In this document: positions 6,916 to 17,302 of the stretch, in pieces
How positions within the stretch are numbered: position 1 is the first letter of the stretch
How the letters are laid out: every line of letters starts with the position of its first letter
From: a virus
Taxonomy: Duplodnaviria; Caudoviricetes
Virus record (IMG/VR): IMGVR_UViG_2928424016_000001
Location: 20,398-84,397 of that record
Reading direction: 5' to 3' (one strand)
DNA: 64,000 nt
Notes under the pieces: model-generated
What the model was told of the DNA's origin: nothing
What the model saw: only the letters and a program-made list of their open reading frames with translations
Databases searched by the model: none
Program-made: the position numbers and the translations under genes

Positions 6916-9900
6916 TGGCCGCCCCTTTGAAACTTGGCATCACCGTCGCCATGGATGCAAGCGGTGTTACGGCCGGTGCGCAGGCCACCCGGCAGGCGAT
7001 TGCAGGCATCGGCACGGAAGCTGTCACCAGCGCCACGAAGCTGCAGAAGCTGGTCGATGCCGAGCTCGGTCTTGCCCGCCCGGCGGCCAATTCCAATTCG
7101 CGCGCCGCAGACATTGCCGCCTATGGTGCCGAGCTCGACCGGCTGCGCGCCAAATTCAACCCGCTCTATGCCGTCACCGCCACCTACAAGACGGCGGTGG
7201 CCGAGATCCGCCAGGCGCATCGGCTGGGTGCGATTTCCGCCGATGAGATGACGGCGGCGATCAGCCGGCAGCGGCAGGCGACCCTTGCCTCGATCGATGC
7301 GATCAAGGGACGCAATGCCGCGATCAGGGCGGGGCAGGGTGGTGGTGGGGCAAACACGTCCTTTGCCGCCACCAATACGATGTATCAGTTTCAGGATATC
7401 GCCACGACCGCCGCCATGGGGATGAGCCCGGCGATGATCGGCCTGCAGCAGGGCAGCCAGATTGCCGGTGCCTATGCCGGATTGTCCCTGAAGGATGCCG
7501 CCAAGACCACAGCCTCGGCGCTGACCTCTCTTCTCAGCCCAACCTCAATCGCAGCAATCGCGCTTACCGCCGGTGCGGCTGCCGCGATCCAGTTCGGCAT
7601 GGGGCTGTCGCAGTCGAGCAGTGACGCCAAGAAGCTTGAAGAGGTGCTGGGCAGCCATGCGGAGACGGTCGAGCGGCTGAAGAAGCAATATGGCGATCTG
7701 GGCTCGGCGATCAAATCCGCCATGCCGATCGGCGGCGCGGGCTTTACCGACGCCTCCGCCCGAAACGAGATCGCCACGCTGGAAACGGCGATCAAGAAAC
7801 AGTCGGAAGACCTTGCCACGAGCTTCGGCGGTTTCTTGAAGGGCGGCCTGCTCGGCTCTTCCACCGCCGGGCTCGACGCGCTCCTTTCCACCGATGCCTC
7901 GCCGTTCCAGAAACAGGTCAACGATCTTTTGACCTCGGTGCGGGCGGGCAAGGGCGATCTCAGCACCTTCCAGACCGAGATCGAGAGCGCCTTCGATGCG
8001 CTTCGCCAGTCCAGCGATGCACCGGCCAAACTGAACGCGGAGATGGAGCGGCTGACGGCCGCCGCGCAGGATGCCTTTTCCGTTTCGCCGAAGTTCGAGC
8101 CGTTCCAGGCCGAAATCGCCAAGCTGACCCTCGGCCTTAAAAACGGCAATGCCGACCTCTCTGACTTCGCGACTAATGTCAGCCGGATCGGGCAGTTGAA
8201 CGGCCTTCAGAAGGTGGCCGACGAGGTGATCCTCGCCTCGAAGGGGGCCGTAGAGCTGGCCGAGACCTTGCGCGAGGTCCGGGCGATCATCCAGCAGATG
8301 GATCGGGAGGACACGCGCTCCGGCCTGTCCGCCCAGCGCGAGACGGCACGCTATGTGAACCTTCGGGCGGCGGCTCTGCAGGACGCCAATGCAAAGTTTG
8401 CCGCCGATCAGCAGTTGATCCTGGCTCAGACCAATGCCGAGAAGCTTGCAGCGATCGAGGCGCGGGTGCGTGCCTCGGCCAGAGAGGACGGCGACAAGGA
8501 TGGCGGCTTGCAGGCGCGGATCGACCGGGAACTGACCGCCGAGCGCAACAGGCAGGCGGTGGAGGCGCGCAATGCCACGCTCGCGCGGACCGAAAGCATC
8601 CAGCAGACCATCGCCCAGCAGCGGCTTGAGCTTTCTCTGATCGGTCAGACGACGGCGGCGCGGGAAGAGCAGCTTTTTGCCGAACAGCAGATTTCGACCA
8701 TCCGGCAGGAGGCGGCCCGGACGGGTGCGGCAATCGACGAGCAGGAAATCAGCCGTATCCGCCAGAAGGCTGCCGAATACGGGCGGCTGAAGGCCGAGAT
8801 CGAGGCGGCCAATTATCTGCAGAGCCAGACCGCAAATCTCGACCGGCTGCGCTATCAGACGGCGATCGCCACGCAGCCGGTATCGCAGCAGTCGGCGCTT
8901 CTGGCGCAATATGATGCCGAGGTCAAAATCCGCGAGCTTGGAGCCGATCCGACATCGGACCGGGCCGAAGCGATCCGGCGGGTGGCGCGTGAGACAGCCG
9001 CCTGGAACACTCAGCTTGCCAGAACCACCGAGGCCTGGAACGCCGTCCAGCAATCGGCCGGCAACACCATCGACAGCATTGTCGACGGTCTTTCCTCCGG
9101 CAATATCAAGGATGCCCTGAAGACCATCGTCAGCGACATCAACAAGACCTTTCTGGAACTGGCGATCAAGAACCCGATCAAGAACGCCTTGCTCGGCACG
9201 AGCTCCGGCACCTTGAGCGATGTCGGCGGCATCGGCGGCATCTTCTCCCGGCTGTTCGGCGGCGGCTCGTCCAGTGCCACGTCGCTTGCCAGCAAGGCGC
9301 TCGGCCAGTCGGTGGGCACCATGCAGGTGGCGGCCGGAACCGTGATGCTGAATGGCGGGGTGACCGGCGGCCTGACCACTTTGCTTGGTGGCACTCAGAC
9401 TGCTGCCAACAGCAATTCCAGCCTTCTCGATCTTTCCTCCTATCGCAAGGCCATCTCCTCGATCGAAAGCGGCGGCAACTATTCCGCGCTCGGGCCGCTC
9501 ACCGCCTCCGGCGACCGCGCTTACGGGGCCTATCAGGTCATGGGCGCGAACATTCCCTCCTGGACGAAGGCAACGCTCGGCACGTCGATGACGCCGAACG
9601 AATTCCTGGCGAGTTCAGAAGCGCAGGATGCGGTGTTCAATAAGTATTTCGGGGCCTCGGTTGCCAAATACGGCAATGCCCAGGATGCCGCCTCGGTGTG
9701 GTTTTCCGGCCGTCCGCTGTCGAGTGCCGCCAATGCCTCGGACGCTCTCGGCACGACCAGCACCGCCTATGTCGACAAGTTCAATTCAGCGCTCGGCAAT
9801 GTCACCGGATCGACCAACAGCGCCGCTTCCGGGCTGAGCGGTCTGAACAGCGCCACCGGCGTTGCCGCCAAGGGGCTGGACGGTCTGGGCTCCGGCCTCG

Positions 9901-10451
9901 GCAAGTTCGGCCAGATCCTGGCGCAGGCACAGGCCTCCGGCAATGGCGGGCTCGTATCGCTCCTCGGCAGCCTCACCTCCTACGGTCAGTCGGTCTTCAA
10001 TTCGTCGAGCCAGTTCCAGTCGGCGATCTTGAATGGCGGTATCGGGCTTTATTCCAGCGGCGGCTATACCGGCGACGGTGGCCTCTATGAACCGGCCGGT
10101 GTTGTCCACAAGGGCGAAATCGTCTGGAGCCAGGCCGACATTGCCCGTGCAGGCGGCATGCATACGGTCGAGGCCATGCGGCTTGGCAAGCGCGGCTATG
10201 CCGATGGCGGTGTCGTCGACAGCTATCCGACGCCGAAGCGCCTCTGGTCGCCCGCCAACGGCAATGACGGTTCCGGCAAGAGCCTCTCGATGCCGCGCAG
10301 CGCCACCATCACCCTCAACATGGCGGGAGCCTATGGCAAGGACGAGATGCGCGCCGAAGCCTATGCCGGCATGCAGGCGGCGCTCGATGAATATGACCGG
10401 GCGATGCCGGACCGCATGCAGGAGATCAGCGCGCATCCGAGGTGGCGATAA
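6912..10451 (+). CDS. tape measure protein with lysozyme/SLT-like domain
   Basis: YQFQDIATTAAMG..P.MI.LQQGSQI TMP motif; AISSIESGGNY...YGAYQVM domain; GGYTG...GVVHKGE C-terminus. Confidence 0.9.
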   Translation: MMAAPLKLGITVAMDASGVTAGAQATRQAIAGIGTEAVTSATKLQKLVDAELGLARPAANSNSRAADIAAYGAELDRLRAKFNPLYAVTATYKTAVAEIRQAHRLGAISADEMTAAISRQRQATLASIDAIKGRNAAIRAGQGGGGANTSFAATNTMYQFQDIATTAAMGMSPAMIGLQQGSQIAGAYAGLSLKDAAKTTASALTSLLSPTSIAAIALTAGAAAAIQFGMGLSQSSSDAKKLEEVLGSHAETVERLKKQYGDLGSAIKSAMPIGGAGFTDASARNEIATLETAIKKQSEDLATSFGGFLKGGLLGSSTAGLDALLSTDASPFQKQVNDLLTSVRAGKGDLSTFQTEIESAFDALRQSSDAPAKLNAEMERLTAAAQDAFSVSPKFEPFQAEIAKLTLGLKNGNADLSDFATNVSRIGQLNGLQKVADEVILASKGAVELAETLREVRAIIQQMDREDTRSGLSAQRETARYVNLRAAALQDANAKFAADQQLILAQTNAEKLAAIEARVRASAREDGDKDGGLQARIDRELTAERNRQAVEARNATLARTESIQQTIAQQRLELSLIGQTTAAREEQLFAEQQISTIRQEAARTGAAIDEQEISRIRQKAAEYGRLKAEIEAANYLQSQTANLDRLRYQTAIATQPVSQQSALLAQYDAEVKIRELGADPTSDRAEAIRRVARETAAWNTQLARTTEAWNAVQQSAGNTIDSIVDGLSSGNIKDALKTIVSDINKTFLELAIKNPIKNALLGTSSGTLSDVGGIGGIFSRLFGGGSSSATSLASKALGQSVGTMQVAAGTVMLNGGVTGGLTTLLGGTQTAANSNSSLLDLSSYRKAISSIESGGNYSALGPLTASGDRAYGAYQVMGANIPSWTKATLGTSMTPNEFLASSEAQDAVFNKYFGASVAKYGNAQDAASVWFSGRPLSSAANASDALGTTSTAYVDKFNSALGNVTGSTNSAASGLSGLNSATGVAAKGLDGLGSGLGKFGQILAQAQASGNGGLVSLLGSLTSYGQSVFNSSSQFQSAILNGGIGLYSSGGYTGDGGLYEPAGVVHKGEIVWSQADIARAGGMHTVEAMRLGKRGYADGGVVDSYPTPKRLWSPANGNDGSGKSLSMPRSATITLNMAGAYGKDEMRAEAYAGMQAALDEYDRAMPDRMQEISAHPRWR

Positions 10452-11089
10452 TGGCGGCCCTTGCCCTTTCCGAATTGTTCGATCTTCTGCCGATTGCCTC
10501 GGTGACCTGGTCGATCCAGCGCAATGACGAGTTTGACATGCTGGGCTCCGGCGATGTCTGGCAGGCCGAGCTTGCTGTGCCGCTGTGGACGGCGGAGATC
10601 TCGCTTGGGACCTCCAGGAACGACGAGGCGACAGAGGTCGCGGCGCTGATCCGCAGCCTGGACGGGGTGCGCACGGCTTTTCTGGTTTGCGATCCGATCC
10701 GGTCCTATCCGCTGCTCGATCCGCAAGGGGTGAGCATTGCCGGTCACGCCATCACCATCCGCGAGATCGGCGCGGATCGGGTGACGGCGCGTATGACCGG
10801 CTTTCCACCCGGCTATACCCTTTCCAGAGGCGACAAGCTGCAGATCACCTATGGCGGCCAGATCGCCTTTGTCGAGGTAAGCCGGACGATGGCTGCCGAT
10901 GCCGAGGGTCATCTCGATGCGCCGATCTTCCCGCGCCTGCCGCTGGCGATTGCTGCCGGCATGGCAGTGACGCTCGCCCGGCCGGCCTGTCCGATGATCA
11001 TCGTTCCCGAAAGCCATAATCCGGGCGAGGCCCGCCGGACGACGACATCCGGGGCAGGTTTCAAAACCATGCAGAAGCGGAGGACCTGA
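10451..11089 (+). CDS. distal tail (Dit-like) protein
   Basis: follows TMP; rhizobial siphophage-type; inference from position. Confidence 0.55.
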   Translation: MAALALSELFDLLPIASVTWSIQRNDEFDMLGSGDVWQAELAVPLWTAEISLGTSRNDEATEVAALIRSLDGVRTAFLVCDPIRSYPLLDPQGVSIAGHAITIREIGADRVTARMTGFPPGYTLSRGDKLQITYGGQIAFVEVSRTMAADAEGHLDAPIFPRLPLAIAAGMAVTLARPACPMIIVPESHNPGEARRTTTSGAGFKTMQKRRT

Positions 11090-11718
11090 TGCGGGATATC
11101 GATAGCGCCACCTTGACCGCGCTGGAGCGCGCGCCGATTGACGGCTTTGCCCCGAGAACGCTCGCCTGGTTCACCGCAAAGGAACGCACGACCGGCAATT
11201 CTGTCGGGCGCGGCTTCTGGTCCGGGGATGAGGATCTGAACCTGACGGTGTTCGGCGGCATTGACGGGTCGCTGGTCAGCCGTCCCTATCTTGCGGCGGG
11301 CAATCTCTTGAAGATCAGTGATATTCCGCAGACCTCGGATTTTACCGTCCAGACGATCACCATCGACATTTCCCAGATCGCTACCGCCGCCCGCCAGCTG
11401 GTGCGCGAATACGATTTGAGGCTCGGCAAGATCGAGATCCACGAATTGCTGATCGATCCGAAGACCGGCGAACAGATCGCGCCGGGCATGATCATCTTCA
11501 TGGGCGAGATCGACGGCGCACCGATCAAGACGCCACGTGCCGGCGGAACGGGATCGGCCTCGATCAAGGCCGTTTCGGATGTCATGTCGATGCTGACCCG
11601 CTCCAATCCGGTCAAAAGCTCCTATGAGGGCCAGAAGGTGCGCCAGGACGACCAGTGGGGAAAGGACACCGCCGTGATCGCCACCTGGAAGATCGCCTGG
11701 GGCCAGAAGTCCACCTGA
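11089..11718 (+). CDS. minor tail/hub protein
   Basis: FWSGDEDL motif; position in tail-tip module. Confidence 0.55.
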   Translation: MRDIDSATLTALERAPIDGFAPRTLAWFTAKERTTGNSVGRGFWSGDEDLNLTVFGGIDGSLVSRPYLAAGNLLKISDIPQTSDFTVQTITIDISQIATAARQLVREYDLRLGKIEIHELLIDPKTGEQIAPGMIIFMGEIDGAPIKTPRAGGTGSASIKAVSDVMSMLTRSNPVKSSYEGQKVRQDDQWGKDTAVIATWKIAWGQKST

Positions 11719-11800
11719 GCATGCCGCTTGCGATGTGAGCCCGATTTGCTATGTATTTGAAAGGTTCTTGAAGGGTGTTTGAAGCCCCTTCAAACCGCCC

Positions 11801-11823
11801 CCACAAACGCTTGTGGCTGTTTT
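11801..11823 (+). promoter_or_regulatory. A-type late promoter/activator box
   Basis: CCACAA-ACGC-TTGTGG-CTGTTTT, preceded by four 11-bp phased TTGAA/TTCAA hexamers. Confidence 0.65.
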
Positions 11824-11915
11824 GCCGCCATGCCTTGAGCCAGTTTGCTCGGCATGCACCAGATCCGCAAAATCCACTCTGCCTTGCCTGATCACGCTCC
11901 TTCGGGGGCGCGCTG

Positions 11916-12344
11916 ATGCAGACGCTTGTGCGGGTGAAGGACTGGCGGTCACGGTTCGAGGCGGCAATCGACGAGATCAAGGCGCGGCCTTTCGAATGGT
12001 CCGTCCATGATTGCGGACCGGGCCTTGCCGGCCGTCTGGTCGAGGCGGTGACCGGTGTCGATCTGACAGCCTCCTTTTCCCCCATGCCCTATCATGACGA
12101 GGCGAGTGCCGCCGCCGTCATCCGGGCGGCGGGCTTCGAGACGCTCGGCGCGCTGGTCGCCTCGCTGCTGCCGGAGATCCATCCGAGCCAGGCGCAGATC
12201 GGCGACATTGCGGCCATTGCCTATGACGGGCCGATCGGCCATGCGCTGGGCGTGGTGAACGGCGAGCGGATCTTCGTGCTGCGTCCGCAGGGGCTCGGAA
12301 CCGTCAGCCTGCTTCAGGCGACGATGGCCTTCAGGGTGGGCTGA
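11916..12344 (+). CDS. NlpC/P60-like tail tip protein (DUF6950-like)
   Basis: PFEWSVHDC and AQIGDIAAI...HALGVV motifs. Confidence 0.7.
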   Translation: MQTLVRVKDWRSRFEAAIDEIKARPFEWSVHDCGPGLAGRLVEAVTGVDLTASFSPMPYHDEASAAAVIRAAGFETLGALVASLLPEIHPSQAQIGDIAAIAYDGPIGHALGVVNGERIFVLRPQGLGTVSLLQATMAFRVG

Positions 12345-15300
12345 ATGGTCTTCAAAACCGTTTCCATTCTGCTCTTCCTGCTGATCTCGGCCGACGCCGC
12401 TTATGCCGGGCCGGTGGGTGCGGCGGTGGCCGCAGTCGGCTCGTTCTTTGCCACCGGCATCGGCAGCATGGTCGGCCGGGTGGTGATCGGGCTTGGCCTG
12501 TCGCTCTTGCAGAAGGCGTTGACGGGCAAGAACAAGACCGCTGCCGCCGGCCAGGTGCTGGAAATCAAGATGGGCGAAGACCAGCCGATGAGCTTCATCA
12601 TCGGCTCGCGTGCCGTGGGCGGGCGGCGGAAATATATCGGCACCTGGGGCAGCGACGGCAGCACGCCGAATGCGTTTCTCACCGACGTCATCGAGCTTTC
12701 CAACCTGCCGTCCTATGCTGGGCCGCAGGGCCTCAACAGTGTCTGGATCGACGACAAGAAATGCACCGTCGACTGGTCGCGGCCGCATGCCGACGGGCGC
12801 GGCTATCCGATCACCGAGTTTCGCAAGAACGGCAAGGATTATCTCTGGCTCAAATATTATGACGGCACCCAGACGGCAGCCGACAGCTTTCTGGTCGCAA
12901 AATTCGGCGGCAATGCCGACCGGCCCTATGCCTCCGACCGGATCGGGCGCGGCGTGCAATACATCATCCTGACGGCCCGCTATAACACCGACCTGTTTTC
13001 CGGCATGCCGACCGGCATTTATGAACCGAAGCCGACGCCGTTTTACGATCCGCGCAGGGACAGCACCAATGGCGGCAGCGGCACGCATCGCTGGAACGAT
13101 CCCTCCACCTACGAGCCGACGCTCAATCCGATCACCGCCGCCTACAACATCGCACGCGGCATCTATTATGACGGCGACTGGTTTTATGGCGGCCAGAATG
13201 TCTCGGCGCACCGCCTGCCGAATGCCTCCTGGTTTGCCGCCGCCAATGAATGCGACCGCACCGTCAACGATGCCGCGCAGTTTCGCTGCGGACTGGAAGT
13301 GACGCTCGATACCGAGCCGCTCGACGTGCTGGAGGATCTGCGCATTGCCTGCGCCGGCCGCTTTGCCGAGGTCGGCGGCTTCATCAAGCCGCTGGTCGGT
13401 GCGCCGGGCTCCGCCGTCTATTCCTTCGACGACGATGGCATCGTCGTCAGCAAGGATCAGGATTTCGAGCCGTTCCCGTCGCTCAAATCCACCCATAACC
13501 GGGTGGCCGGCACCTATCCGGAGCCGGAGGAGAAATGGGCGACCAAGGACGCGCCGGAAAGCCGCAACCTGACGCTCGAAGCAGAAGACGGCAATCGCTC
13601 GCTGCCGGTCTCGGTCTCCTTTGCCGCCGTGCCCTATTCGGCGCAGGTGCAGTCGCTGATCGAGACTATGGTGAAGGAGCAGCGCCGCTTCCGCACCCAT
13701 GTTGTGACCCTGCCGCCGCTGGCTGCCGCGCTGGAGCCGAACGACGTCGTCGCCTGGACGTCGGAGCGCAATGCCTATGCCAACAAGAAGTTTCTGGTCA
13801 CGGCCAATAACGGCCAGTCCGGCATGCTGCGGCAGGTGTCGCTGACGGAGATCGACCCTTCCGATTACGATCCGCCGGAAACGATTGTCGCGCCGGTGAT
13901 CGGCTGGACAGGGCCGGTGACCGCTCCCGTCCAGGCGATGACAGGGTTTCAGGTCGAGGCGGGATCGGTGACCGATGCCGACAGCCAGCAGCGCCGCCCG
14001 GCCATCGTCGTGTCCTGCGCCAGCGATCTCGATGATGTGGCCCGCGTCTGGATCAAGATCCGCGTCAAGGCGACCGGCATCGTCGTGCTCGACACCGATG
14101 CGCTGCCCTACGGCGCGCCGGCCCGATGGACGCTCTCCGGCACCTGGTGCCTGGCGCTAACCGAATACGAGGTGCAGGGCAAGCTGGTGCCGGTGACGGC
14201 GCGGGAAACCGACTGGTCTGCCTGGATCGACGTGACGACGCTCAATCTGTCGGAATCCTCCGATGTGCTCGACGGCTCTATCGTCACGTCAAAGCTCGCC
14301 GATGCGGCGGTGACGGCCGCCAAGATCATGGACGAGGCGATCACCAGCCTGAAGCTCGCCGACGATGCCGTGACCACCGCCAAGCTTGCGGTCGCAGCGG
14401 TGACCTCCGAGATCCTGGCCGCCGGTGCGGTGACGGCGGCGAAGCTCGCTGATGCGGCCGTAACGGCCACTGCCCTGGCGGCGGGTGTGGTCGATGCCAC
14501 CAAGCTTGCCGCGAGCATCGAAGCGGTCAAGGTGGTCACGGCGCTGCCAACCAGCCGGGTCGCGGCCTATGTGACCTATAACGGCGTGAGCTATCGCTGG
14601 AACGGTTCGGCCTATGTCAATTCGGTGGCGACCTCCGAACTGACCGGACAGATCATCAGTTCGCAGGTGGCGGATGCGGCCATCCAGGCGGCAAAGCTGG
14701 CCGACAGTGCGGTGACCACGGTAAAGATCGCGGCCAATGCCGTGACGGCGGATCAGGTAGCGGCAGGCGCGATCACCGCCAAGCACCTGGTGCTGACGGA
14801 TTTCACGAACCTGGTGCCGGACAACCAGATGCAGGACCCCGGCAATTCCTGGTCCGGCGCGGGCTGGAGTTCGTGGAGCGATGCCTATCTCGGCGGCATG
14901 GCCTCCAAATCCCAGATGGTCTACACCTATGTGGCGGGCCAGACCGGCTATAGCGCCGCGCTGATCAGCCGGATGTTTCCGGTGGTGGCCGGGGCGCAGT
15001 ATCGCGTCACCGGCTCCAGCTATTCCAATGGCAAGCAGGCCCCGCTGCTGCGCATTCACTGGTTCACAGTGACGGGCGCGGAAATCTCGTTCTCGGCCAT
15101 TCTCGATGTCAGTGGCGGTTCCACCTCCAGCTATCTGACGGCGACGGTCAATGTCACGGCTCCAGCCGGCGCAGTCTATGGCCGTATCCAGGCCTATGTG
15201 CAGCGCTCGAACATCAACAACCACGTCTATGTCGGCGGCTTTGTCGTCAACCGGCGCAATGCCGCCGAACTGATCGTCGATGGCTCGATCACCGCCAATG

Positions 15301-16910
15301 CCTTGACGGCCGGGGCGGTGACCTCCGACAAGATCGCGGCGAATGCCGTGACGACGGCGGCAATTGCAGCAGGCGCGGTTTCGGCCGATCAGATTGCGGC
15401 GGGAGCGATCACCACCGACAAGATCGGCGCTGGGGCCGTGACCACCGGGAAGCTGGCGGTCGGCACGGGGGCAAACTGGTTCGTCAACTCCGATTGTCAG
15501 GCGGGAAAGACCTATTGGCTGCTGGCCGGGACCAGCGGCGGCACCTGGGAGTTTTCGGTTCGGACCACCGACAATTGGGCTCCACCGGGCGGAGCCTTCC
15601 AGATCGTCCAGACGGATGCATCCACGGCAAGCTATTATGCCGATCTGGTGCAATGCGATGCCAATGGCGCGACCAAATATTGGGATGTGGTGGCCGGGAA
15701 CTGGTATGAGGTTTCCTGCTACAGCTACGGCCATAGGGGCAGCGGCTTCTCCGCCTATCTCGTCTTCACCAAGGCGGATGGGACATGGGTAAGCGCCGGG
15801 CAGTTGTGGGGCGTCGGCGCAGCGCAGAATGGCGATCCGCAAAACAGCCTTGCCAGCTATCTGCGGCCCTGGGCGAAGGCGCAGGCTCCAGCCGGGGCCG
15901 TCAAGGCCTATGTCATCTTCCGGGCGCAGGGCTCGGCCACGGCTGGGGTCATCAACTCCTTCCTTTGGCTGACCCGGATGTATTTCGGGGAGGCGACGGC
16001 CAACCAGTCGCAGCCGTCTGCCTGGCAACCTGCAGGGGCAACGCTGATCAATGGCGGCAGCATCGTCGCCTCGGCTATCACCACCGATCTGCTTGCAGCC
16101 AATGCCGTCACGGCGGCAAAGCTGGCTGCGGGGTCGGTGACAGCGGACAAGATCGTGGCGGGGTCTGTTACTGCAGACAAGATTGCGGCATCCTCGATCA
16201 CGGGCGACAAGATCGCCGCCAATACCATCGGCGCGAACAACATTGCAGCGAACGCGGTCACCGCCAAGCAGCTGGTGCTGACGGATTTCACCAATCTGGT
16301 GCCGGACAACCAGATGCAGGACCCGGGCAATTCGTGGTCCGGTTCGGGCTGGAGTTCGTGGACCGACGCCTATCTGGGCGGCATGGCCTCGAAATCGCAG
16401 ATGCGGTTCATCTACGCGGCAGGCAGTGGTTACACCGATGGGCTGATCAGCCGGTTATTCCCGGTCACGGCCAATGCGCAGTACCGCGTCACCGGCTCGG
16501 CCTATTCCAACGGCACTCAGGCCCCGTTGCTTCGGATCATCTGGTATAATTCCGCTGGTGCTCAGCTGAGCTATATCGACTTCGGAAACTGGGTCGGAGG
16601 CACCGGCTCGGGCATCGTGACAGCGACGATGAACGTGACCGCTCCAGCCGGTGCCACGCAAGCCCGCGTAGCGGCTTATGTCTACCTGCCGAACACCAAC
16701 AGCGATGTCTATGTCGGCGGCTTCGTCGTCAACAAACGCAACGCCGCCGACCTGATCGTCGATGGCGCGATCACCGCCAACCAGCTTTCCGTCAATTCGC
16801 TCTCCGCCATTACCGCCAATCTGGGAACCGTCACCGCCGGGGTCATTCAGGCGTCGAACGGCAAGATGGTGATCAATCTCGGGGCAGGGTCCATGGAGTG
16901 GTACGAATGA
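12345..16910 (+). CDS. central tail tip/fibre protein with repeated carbohydrate-binding-like modules
   Basis: 1521 aa; N-terminal tip domain, AGAVTADKIAAN-type spacers, three globular modules. Confidence 0.85.
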   Translation: MVFKTVSILLFLLISADAAYAGPVGAAVAAVGSFFATGIGSMVGRVVIGLGLSLLQKALTGKNKTAAAGQVLEIKMGEDQPMSFIIGSRAVGGRRKYIGTWGSDGSTPNAFLTDVIELSNLPSYAGPQGLNSVWIDDKKCTVDWSRPHADGRGYPITEFRKNGKDYLWLKYYDGTQTAADSFLVAKFGGNADRPYASDRIGRGVQYIILTARYNTDLFSGMPTGIYEPKPTPFYDPRRDSTNGGSGTHRWNDPSTYEPTLNPITAAYNIARGIYYDGDWFYGGQNVSAHRLPNASWFAAANECDRTVNDAAQFRCGLEVTLDTEPLDVLEDLRIACAGRFAEVGGFIKPLVGAPGSAVYSFDDDGIVVSKDQDFEPFPSLKSTHNRVAGTYPEPEEKWATKDAPESRNLTLEAEDGNRSLPVSVSFAAVPYSAQVQSLIETMVKEQRRFRTHVVTLPPLAAALEPNDVVAWTSERNAYANKKFLVTANNGQSGMLRQVSLTEIDPSDYDPPETIVAPVIGWTGPVTAPVQAMTGFQVEAGSVTDADSQQRRPAIVVSCASDLDDVARVWIKIRVKATGIVVLDTDALPYGAPARWTLSGTWCLALTEYEVQGKLVPVTARETDWSAWIDVTTLNLSESSDVLDGSIVTSKLADAAVTAAKIMDEAITSLKLADDAVTTAKLAVAAVTSEILAAGAVTAAKLADAAVTATALAAGVVDATKLAASIEAVKVVTALPTSRVAAYVTYNGVSYRWNGSAYVNSVATSELTGQIISSQVADAAIQAAKLADSAVTTVKIAANAVTADQVAAGAITAKHLVLTDFTNLVPDNQMQDPGNSWSGAGWSSWSDAYLGGMASKSQMVYTYVAGQTGYSAALISRMFPVVAGAQYRVTGSSYSNGKQAPLLRIHWFTVTGAEISFSAILDVSGGSTSSYLTATVNVTAPAGAVYGRIQAYVQRSNINNHVYVGGFVVNRRNAAELIVDGSITANALTAGAVTSDKIAANAVTTAAIAAGAVSADQIAAGAITTDKIGAGAVTTGKLAVGTGANWFVNSDCQAGKTYWLLAGTSGGTWEFSVRTTDNWAPPGGAFQIVQTDASTASYYADLVQCDANGATKYWDVVAGNWYEVSCYSYGHRGSGFSAYLVFTKADGTWVSAGQLWGVGAAQNGDPQNSLASYLRPWAKAQAPAGAVKAYVIFRAQGSATAGVINSFLWLTRMYFGEATANQSQPSAWQPAGATLINGGSIVASAITTDLLAANAVTAAKLAAGSVTADKIVAGSVTADKIAASSITGDKIAANTIGANNIAANAVTAKQLVLTDFTNLVPDNQMQDPGNSWSGSGWSSWTDAYLGGMASKSQMRFIYAAGSGYTDGLISRLFPVTANAQYRVTGSAYSNGTQAPLLRIIWYNSAGAQLSYIDFGNWVGGTGSGIVTATMNVTAPAGATQARVAAYVYLPNTNSDVYVGGFVVNKRNAADLIVDGAITANQLSVNSLSAITANLGTVTAGVIQASNGKMVINLGAGSMEWYE
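14775..16785 (+). repeat. ~525-bp direct repeat inside fibre gene (14775-15300 and 16260-16785)
   Basis: TAK.LVLTDFTNLVPDNQMQDPGNSWSG.GWSSW.DAYLGGMASKSQM occurs twice, 1485 bp apart. Confidence 0.9.
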
Positions 16911-17302
16911 GCCGGGGCTTCATCAAACCGGTCAACGGCTCTTTCCGGATGCGGATCGTGAAGGCGGGCTATGACGCCAACAACTTCTCCATTCCGCAGA
17001 ATGCCGTGGTCTTTGACAGCGACGCCTTGAGCTATCTTCAGGTTTTTCTGAGCGGCTCGCTTTTGATCTCCAGCGCTCAAGGAGCGGCCAAGCTGGTGAC
17101 CTGGCCGTCGCTCGGCTTCATTCCCATAGCCTGGGCAGCGCACAAGAAGGACGGGGCCTATATCGCGCCGATCACCACGAACCGCACCGATTACAATATT
17201 GGCGAGGTGCTGGTGGAGGCGGATGGGCTGACGGTCGAGACCCGCAGCCTCAATTATCCGGTCTATCTCGATTATGTCGTCTGGAGGAGCCAGGCGCTAT
17301 GA
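16907..17302 (+). CDS. tail-tip associated protein 1
   Basis: ATGA overlap with fibre gene; FRMRIVKAGYD motif. Confidence 0.6.
   Translation: MSRGFIKPVNGSFRMRIVKAGYDANNFSIPQNAVVFDSDALSYLQVFLSGSLLISSAQGAAKLVTWPSLGFIPIAWAAHKKDGAYIAPITTNRTDYNIGEVLVEADGLTVETRSLNYPVYLDYVVWRSQAL

Noticed and set aside
12345-16910. Diversity-generating retroelement TR/VR pair in fibre repeats
   Set aside because: Differences are mostly synonymous and not adenine-specific, both copies are in frame in one gene, and no reverse transcriptase is in the window.
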